The notes under the pieces are model-generated. The model made no database searches and had not been told where the DNA came from. It was given only the letters and a program-made list of their open reading frames with translations. Below, piece by piece: positions 5,301-10,000 of a stretch of DNA of 12,239 nucleotides. Position numbers and translations under genes: made by a program. The stretch is from Candidatus Hadarchaeales archaeon (GTDB taxonomy: Archaea; Hadarchaeota; Hadarchaeia; Hadarchaeales; Hadarchaeaceae): assembly GCA_038823825.1 (NCBI GenBank), contig JAWBCC010000008.1, positions 1-12,239 on the forward strand. Direction: 5' to 3'. Numbering within the stretch: position 1 is the first letter of the stretch; each line of letters begins with the position of its first letter.

Positions 5301-6468
5301 AAGTCAATGTCGTGGTCGCAACTTTCGATCCATCAACCCAGAGCTCATATCCTGCGAGACCCGTTTGCGCATCCGAACTGTTCTCCCAACTGAACGTTAC
5401 GTTCGTTGAGGTGAGAATTGCATTGTTTTCAGGTGAAATCAGATTGAAGGGAGCGGGTGGTATGTTGTCCTCGAGGATGGAGAACCTGAACACGCTTGAG
5501 TAAATTTTGTCTCCGTTATCGAGTACAGCTACGATTTGCCAATTGTGATCTCCTGTCGACACGATTTTAGTATAACTAGTTGACGTGGTGTTCTCGATGT
5601 TTGAACCATCGAGCCAGATTTCATAGTAGAGGAGATTTCCTTCCGTAACCCACTGTGGACTGTTTCTGAGGGTCCCGTTTCGATTATTCCCCGATGCATC
5701 AAAAACGGTGCTTCCGCTTCCCTCGTCCATCTTCCACCAACCAAACAAATCGGTATTGTCAATTGGCTTGCCCAGCCAGAGGTTTTCTATCTCCGCTTGA
5801 GATAGAGCTCGCCTGTATATTCTGAAATCGTCAACGGCTGCGTTGACTGGATAGTTTTGACCAAGTCCCACGCCGACAAGATTTGCGCCTGGATTCTGCG
5901 TAGACCAATCTCCTATCGAGGTTGGAACCCCGGATGTGAGCTCTCTGAGCAATCTGTTGTCTTCATAAACCGCCATCCTCACTCCACGCTGGAAGACTAT
6001 AGTGTAGAGATGCCACTCACCCACTGGTGGTGTGTAGTAGGTCGGAAGTTTTATCTCGTTTAAATTCTGGTCTCTTACCGTGAATCTTAGACCCTCGCTT
6101 GTGCTTTCGTAGTTGAGCTGGAAACCAGTCCCAAGTGAAAAGTCAATGATTTTATCATGGTCTGCAACAGGCGGCTGAGCATTAAATCTCACCCATATGC
6201 TCGCGGTGAAATCTATAGAACCAGAAAGCTCTGTGAACTTCGGGAACTCTATATGCGGCTTCGCGGAGGGATTGTTGAAGTTGATGTACGTCCTTTTGAT
6301 GACACCTGCGTTCTCCCAGACAAAAGTCACCCTGTTATCGTAAAGTTGAGCGTTGTTCTCTGGCTTTAAAAGGTTGAAGGATTGCTGGGAGACGGAAAGC
6401 ATTGCCATCAATAACGCAAAAAGAGCCGGAAGCATGAGGACAAGGCAGAACTTGGAAAGATGTTTCAT
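2374..6468 (-). CDS. Giant surface-anchored multidomain lectin/glycosidase-like protein, 1364 aa (signal peptide, LamG, FN3-like x3, second jelly-roll, GH130-like propeller, CARDB x3, C-terminal TM)
   Basis: An uninterrupted 4.1-kb ORF. The N-terminus MKHLSKFCLVLMLPALFALLMAMLSVSQQ reads as a signal peptide. GAGGATGA SD-like sequence lies upstream, inside the preceding gene. The C-terminus LPVVLAIGIVCAAAVVVMLLKFIVLK reads as a TM anchor. Domain motifs are listed in the sub-features. Confidence 0.92.
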   Translation of the reverse strand: MKHLSKFCLVLMLPALFALLMAMLSVSQQSFNLLKPENNAQLYDNRVTFVWENAGVIKRTYINFNNPSAKPHIEFPKFTELSGSIDFTASIWVRFNAQPPVADHDKIIDFSLGTGFQLNYESTSEGLRFTVRDQNLNEIKLPTYYTPPVGEWHLYTIVFQRGVRMAVYEDNRLLRELTSGVPTSIGDWSTQNPGANLVGVGLGQNYPVNAAVDDFRIYRRALSQAEIENLWLGKPIDNTDLFGWWKMDEGSGSTVFDASGNNRNGTLRNSPQWVTEGNLLYYEIWLDGSNIENTTSTSYTKIVSTGDHNWQIVAVLDNGDKIYSSVFRFSILEDNIPPAPFNLISPENNAILTSTNVTFSWENSSDAQTGLAGYELWVDGSKVATTTLTSHTLQLQAGTYSWYVVALDKAGNSRSSQIFTFSIVTVRPFTLTAPNGAWISSPPVVLVWENAPDMQVQRYEVWIDGVNVENTTSNTVVLSNVSAGVHEWWVVAVGAGGERKRSENTFIFGVGNPPEYPRREFVDGFEQALTNYSVSGMQLTTNAIYGTRSLQYTGTGIGYAYRNDVMLGEEEGRVSVIFVLDSSNPMPGVGFASDNGIWVFAYVDTAAGDLIVARKAGYSIFDVTPYEWWKRDEIGGLVWAEEQVGGEYIWKVEWAGTGFLQQGTPYRLVLEYSRRSKTVMAYVQEVTGFELARVRTVVDTDYPRYPLILSRGPARFDNFSFSFLDTWTYRWRVDLPWNPVLTPTQGTWDQMGAFNPGVAYVNGTFYMLYRGNPIPAPPEGPPNSNIGLATSTDGVHWTKHPSAVITDGRPEDPELLYVDGRFYAEYTNVDTSQGRMAWSTDCINWSSPWVIAVHDQYGQHKVVAILDLDAWPSGRRVTYGGQTYRFIGYKEGGGVIFTNNLEQSNWIVTGGGTVPAGNNIWGDSENPVGDAFVDSDGNIRVLICASTLEGYVGGTEATIAEAIFDGSQPWRLLKVSTLPFIPVYYGKAPNGATGAAWNDGPNFPGQTILVDNWLYCYYGANDTSTGLAVAYYGPEFEYRDLTATVLGQQATVSLKVRNVGSHDGSGWVKLYVNGQLFDTKTFTLVRENETTLAFTIPLSGLTTVWIEGLIPINNKLGLSAGQYSFVRPSSSGVGFVEIARLSLALTPSAENVPIFVVENLRLSKENVKPGENITVSVDVANVGTAAGSRTLVLKVDGVEVESREVTLGAGQKTTVTFTISVEELGEHTVSVDGLSATFFVGRMGANFILENLTLSKDKVKRGEKVTVSVIVKNIGDETGSYLVMLKVDGVLVESKNVSLDPSQSTTVNFTIEIEEVGEHTISVGNLSKILTVVEEGVSLPVVLAIGIVCAAAVVVMLLKFIVLK
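2470..3009 (-). repeat. Tandem pair of CARDB domains (aa 1154-1240 and 1245-1333); a third, more divergent CARDB-like unit lies at 3145..3363
   Basis: FVVENLRLSKENVKPGENITVSVDVANVGTAAGSRTLVLKVDGVEVESREVTLGAGQKTTVTFTISVEELGEHTVSVDGLSATF aligns with FILENLTLSKDKVKRGEKVTVSVIVKNIGDETGSYLVMLKVDGVLVESKNVSLDPSQSTTVNFTIEIEEVGEHTISVGNLSKIL. The pattern G..v.v.v.v.N.G.......v.l.vdG is the CARDB signature (Pfam PF07705, from memory). Confidence 0.75.
3370..4266 (-). other. GH130-like (ex-DUF377) / GH43-like five-bladed beta-propeller glycosidase module (about aa 735-1033)
   Basis: PWNPVLTPTQGTWDQMGAFNPGVAYVNGTFYMLYRG ... SNIGLATSTDGVHWTKHPSAVI ... GRPEDPELLYVDGRFYAEYT ... GRMAWSTDCINWS. The xFNPG..(x)nG.(F/Y)Y(M/L)LYR, iGLA.S.DG..W and EDP.(i/l) motifs match my memory of GH130 (Pfam PF04041). 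Confidence 0.65.
4297..4911 (-). other. Second jelly-roll / ConA-like module (about aa 520-724), tentative
   Basis: Beta-rich region ending in PARFDNFSFSF, a terminal xFDNxxx motif common in lectin/glucanase-like sandwiches. No stronger family signal is visible by eye. Confidence 0.4.
4939..5637 (-). repeat. Three FN3/Ig-like repeats within the 1364-aa protein (aa 278-510; the N-terminal half of the first lies at 6301..6375)
   Basis: The units are Y(Y/E)(I/L/V)W(L/V/I)DG...TT...: YYEIWLDGSNIENTTSTSYT, GYELWVDGSKVATTTLTSHT and RYEVWIDGVNVENTTSNTVV. Each is preceded by (L/I)xxPxNxxxxxxxxVxFxWEN and ends with (F)xF(S/G)(I/V). Confidence 0.7.
5773..6291 (-). other. LamG / Laminin_G_3-type concanavalin-like lectin module (about aa 60-232)
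   Basis: SIDFTASIWVRF ... EWHLYTIVF ... and the closing motif AVDDFRIYRRALSQAEIENLW are classic Laminin_G_3 signatures (Pfam PF13385, from memory). Confidence 0.75.
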
Positions 6469-7013
6469 GTCGTCATCCTCTGCGTTTTTACGACCGCGAT
6501 TGAAACCGCGACAAGAATTATCAGGATGGCTACAATTATTGCAGCAACCAGCTGGAGACTCAGACCTTTCTCCCGGACTTCTCCTCTAAAGTTTACACCA
6601 AATGTTCTCACTATCGTTGCGCCGGTTATGTTTTCCACATTCTCGGCTTCTCCGGCCAGCGCACATTTCACATCGAGCGAGAACCAGAATGTTCCGGGCG
6701 CCTTCGCCTTGACTTTCACCTCAACTTGCCCCACGGCCCCTTCGTTGGGGGAACCGTTTTCAACTAGAATCGCGCTGGGATAAGAGACAACAACCGTTCT
6801 ATTATCACAGTTGTCTGAAATCGTGACGGCCAAAGGTTGCGGATAGTAGTTAATCACGGTTATCCTGAAAGTGTTCTCTTGCCCCTCCTTCAATGATAAG
6901 TTGTCGAGGTATGGAGGAAAGCTGATCGCCACGCTCGCCGTTGACATTCCTGACGCTAGAAGGGAAATAGCAAAAGCGAGCGGGAGCAGGGATGCATACA
7001 TCACAACTCTCAT
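6465..7013 (-). CDS. Small membrane-anchored beta-sandwich protein, 182 aa (signal peptide + single domain + C-terminal TM)
   Basis: The N-terminus is MRVVMYASLLPLAFAISLLASGMSTASVA|ISF. The C-terminus is LQLVAAIIVAILIILVAVSIAVVKTQRMTT. A BRE/TATA-like motif lies about 35 nt upstream. The stop TGA (6467-6465) overlaps the ATG (6468-6466) of the next gene. No family recognised. Confidence 0.75.
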   Translation of the reverse strand: MRVVMYASLLPLAFAISLLASGMSTASVAISFPPYLDNLSLKEGQENTFRITVINYYPQPLAVTISDNCDNRTVVVSYPSAILVENGSPNEGAVGQVEVKVKAKAPGTFWFSLDVKCALAGEAENVENITGATIVRTFGVNFRGEVREKGLSLQLVAAIIVAILIILVAVSIAVVKTQRMTT

Positions 7014-7042
7014 AGACTTCTATACGAATTCTCCCATGTTGT

Positions 7043-7055
7043 TTTAAAAACCTTT
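7043..7055 (-). promoter_or_regulatory. Candidate archaeal BRE/TATA promoter (AAAGGTTTTTAAA) for the 182-aa gene and the downstream 1364-aa gene
   Basis: Lies in the 73-bp gap between stop 7087 and ATG 7013. The TATA centre is about 35 nt from the ATG, which implies a very short leader. The 13-mer is identical to the one at 2324..2336. Confidence 0.5.
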
Positions 7056-7086
7056 CGCTAGTCTCTGTTTTCTTCAAATTGTCCGA

Positions 7087-10000
7087 CTACGCGAAGATGA
7101 AGAACTTTAGTATGATTATTATCACCACTGCTACCGCGACAGCTATCGCAGCAGCCACTGTCCAAGACACTGCCGGACCCGGTGCGGGAGGTGTTTCAAC
7201 CGTGAGAGTTATGGTCGCGGTGTGCGTCCTGCCACCACCACTTGCAGTCACTGTTAACGTGTAAACTCCGGGTTCTGCCACCGGAGTTGCGGTTATCGTG
7301 AGCGTCGATGTGAAAGTTGGAGTTCCGGACTGCGGCGAGAAGGATGCGCTCACTCCTCCCGGAAGTCCAGAGATCGAAAGCGAAACTTCCTGCGAGAATC
7401 CTTGGATTGCTGTTATCGTGATCGTCACTGTCTTGTTTTCACCATGTTTAATCTTGATGTTCTCTGGCGAGACCGAGATGGAGAAGTCACCGGCCGTTAC
7501 CGTGAACGTGTGGGAGACGGGTGATGAATAGTTACCGGCGTTGTCCTTTGCTCTGACCTCAACCGTGTAAGAACCGGGCGCAAGGTTGGATATCGTGAAA
7601 GAGAAGGAAACCGTTTTACCTTTTGTAATCGAAACATTTACCCAGTTGCCGGCGTTCACTCTGTACTCGACGGCGACGACTATTGTTGTCACATCCGTTG
7701 CAGTTCCGGAATATGAAACCGAGGTTTCACTCGTGGTGCTCGGCGGAGTCTGCGTGAGGGAAACTGTAGGCGGAACCGTATCAACGATAAACCAGGAGGT
7801 TGACCAAGCGCTCGCGTGGCCGGCTCCGTCAACTGCTCTGACTCTCCAGTACCACTTTCCATCGGGCAGGGCGTTCTCCAGAACATAGTTTTCATTAGTT
7901 AAGTTGTCCCTCGTCAGGAATGGTGAGGTGAAGTTTTCATCGTTGTCTATCTGAATCTCGTATTTTATTCCGGACGGATCCACCACGCGCTGCCAGATGA
8001 GCGTTGGAGTGTTGTCGTTCGTATTCTCACCCGTGATCGGCGAGACTATCGTTGGAGCAGATGGAATCGAATTGTCAACACCAAAAGACCAGATGGATGA
8101 CCATCCGCTCTCCAGACCACTTCCGCTGACAGCCTTGACTCTCCAGAAGTACAACCCTTCCGGAAGTGCTATCGGTAGTGTGTAGAAGTTGTCGATCACG
8201 TTAACGTTCTCATGAACTAGCGGCGATGAGAACGTGTTTTCGTTGTCAACCTGAACGACATATTTTATTCCGCTTGGGTCTACCACAGCAGTCCATCTGA
8301 GCGTCGGTCTGTTCTCCTCTATCCATGAACCATTTGCCGGCGCGATTAGAGATGGTGTGGCCGGAGGAGCGGCTACTACCCTGAAGCTCCAGACCGATGA
8401 CCAGCTACCCTCGTTACCGGCATTGTCCCTCGCCTTCACGCGCCAGTAGTAAACATTGTCCGGAAGAGCTGGTGAGACTTCCCAGTAATTATCAAAGACC
8501 CAGGCGCTGGTTCGAACAATGTTCGAGAATCCGTTGTCTGTTGCGACCTGAACTTGGAAGCTCAGCGGAAGAGAATTCTCAAACGGGACTTGCCAAGTCA
8601 GTCTAGGTGTGTTGTCGCTGGTGTTTTCGCCGTTGGTTGGAGAAACTAAAATCGGTGCGGCTGGGGGTACTGTGTCCACTCTCACACACCAGATAGCAGA
8701 CCATGGACCTTCATTTCCAGCATTATCCTTCGCTTTCACGCGCCAGTACCAGAGTCCATCTGGAACATTATCTGCAGTCATGCTTGTATTCTCGGTCCAT
8801 GTTCCATAGTTTTCGTGAGAGAAATTAGAAACATCGCTGAACGATATATAATACTTGATTGGCAGTGAGTTGTCGCTTACCGCGGACCATACAAAAGTTA
8901 TCGTTGTGTTCTTCGTCTTTAGACCATTCTCTGGGGAGATAAGCGTCGGAGCTGGCGGAGCAATAGTGTCTACCCTAAACCTCCACACCGATGACCATGG
9001 GCCTTCATTTCCGGCATTGTCCCTAGCTCTCACCCTCCAGTAGTATACACCGTCCGGAAGGACTGGAGTTATTACGCTGGAAGTACCTGTTGTTGACCAA
9101 ACCGTAAGGGTTGTTGTAAAGACCAGCGGGGCTGTGAATGTGTCCTCGTTGTCGACCTCTATCGTGTAGACGACCGGGAGAGAGTTCTCAAAGACATTGT
9201 TCCAGACGAGAGTAGGCGTGTTGTCATTCGTGTTCTCTCTATTCGCAGGAGAGACCAACACGGGGGGAGCCGGCGGAACAGTGTCGAGCCTGAACCATCT
9301 TATGTTTGAAAAATCAGACATGTTTCCAGCATTGTCGATTGCTGCGGAAATCGCATAATACACTCCATCCCTCAAGAGCGGGGAATATTGCACGAATGTG
9401 ATGCGTTGGATCGTGCCGTCGGGTGCGCAATTTATTGTTAACTCCACTATAACAGAACCCGACTGATACCGATGAATTACTTGGGACGGATAGCCTGAAT
9501 TATCAACATAGACTAAATTTGAAACGTCCATCAGTATATCCGCTGCAAAAACGGAGATCACGGAATTGTCAATGTACTTGGGGGAATGGACTACTATCAT
9601 TAGAATGTTGTCTAATGATGAGAAGTTCTCATTGTCGTCAAAGCCTATACCGACAATCAGCGGATAGGAGTTTTCCGCTGGAATCGTTACGGATGCTCCA
9701 AATACTGTAAGGTTCTTTCCGTTTTCCGGACCTACAACCTGCGGCGCAGCCGGCGGAATCGTGTCTACTCTAAATCTCTGAACAGATGACCATCCACTTT
9801 CGTTTCCGGCATTGTCTCTTGCCTTCACCCTCCAGTAGTATACACCGTCCGGAAGGACTGGAGTTATTACGCTGGAAGTACCTGTTGTTGACCAGACCGT
9901 AAGGGTTGTTGTGAATGCGAGTGGGGCTGTGAACGTGTTCTCGTTGTCAACCTCGATCGTGTATACAACGGGCAAGGAGTTCTCGAAGACGTTGTTCCAG

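Noticed and set aside
6850-7077. A 75-aa minus-strand ORF (MKKTETSERFLKQHGRIRIEVYESCDVC...) spanning the 7014-7086 gap
   Set aside because: It overlaps the 5' 164 nt of the 182-aa gene in another frame and would read through the BRE/TATA-like motif. It has no recognisable features, whereas the 182-aa frame has a signal peptide, a TM and ATGA coupling.
7090-7194. PGF-CTERM (archaeosortase A) signal in TPPAPGPAVSWTVAAAIAVAVAVVIIIILKFFIFA
   Set aside because: It has Pro/Gly-rich entry and a TM helix, but no PGF tripeptide and no Arg/Lys-rich end typical of that signal as I recall it. I retained only the weaker 'shared tail' observation.
7079-7264. A 61-aa plus-strand ORF (MSDYAKMKNFSMIIITTATATAIAAATVQ...)
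   Set aside because: It is the antisense shadow of the TM-anchor codons of the giant protein. Its hydrophobic look is a by-product of complementing a hydrophobic segment.
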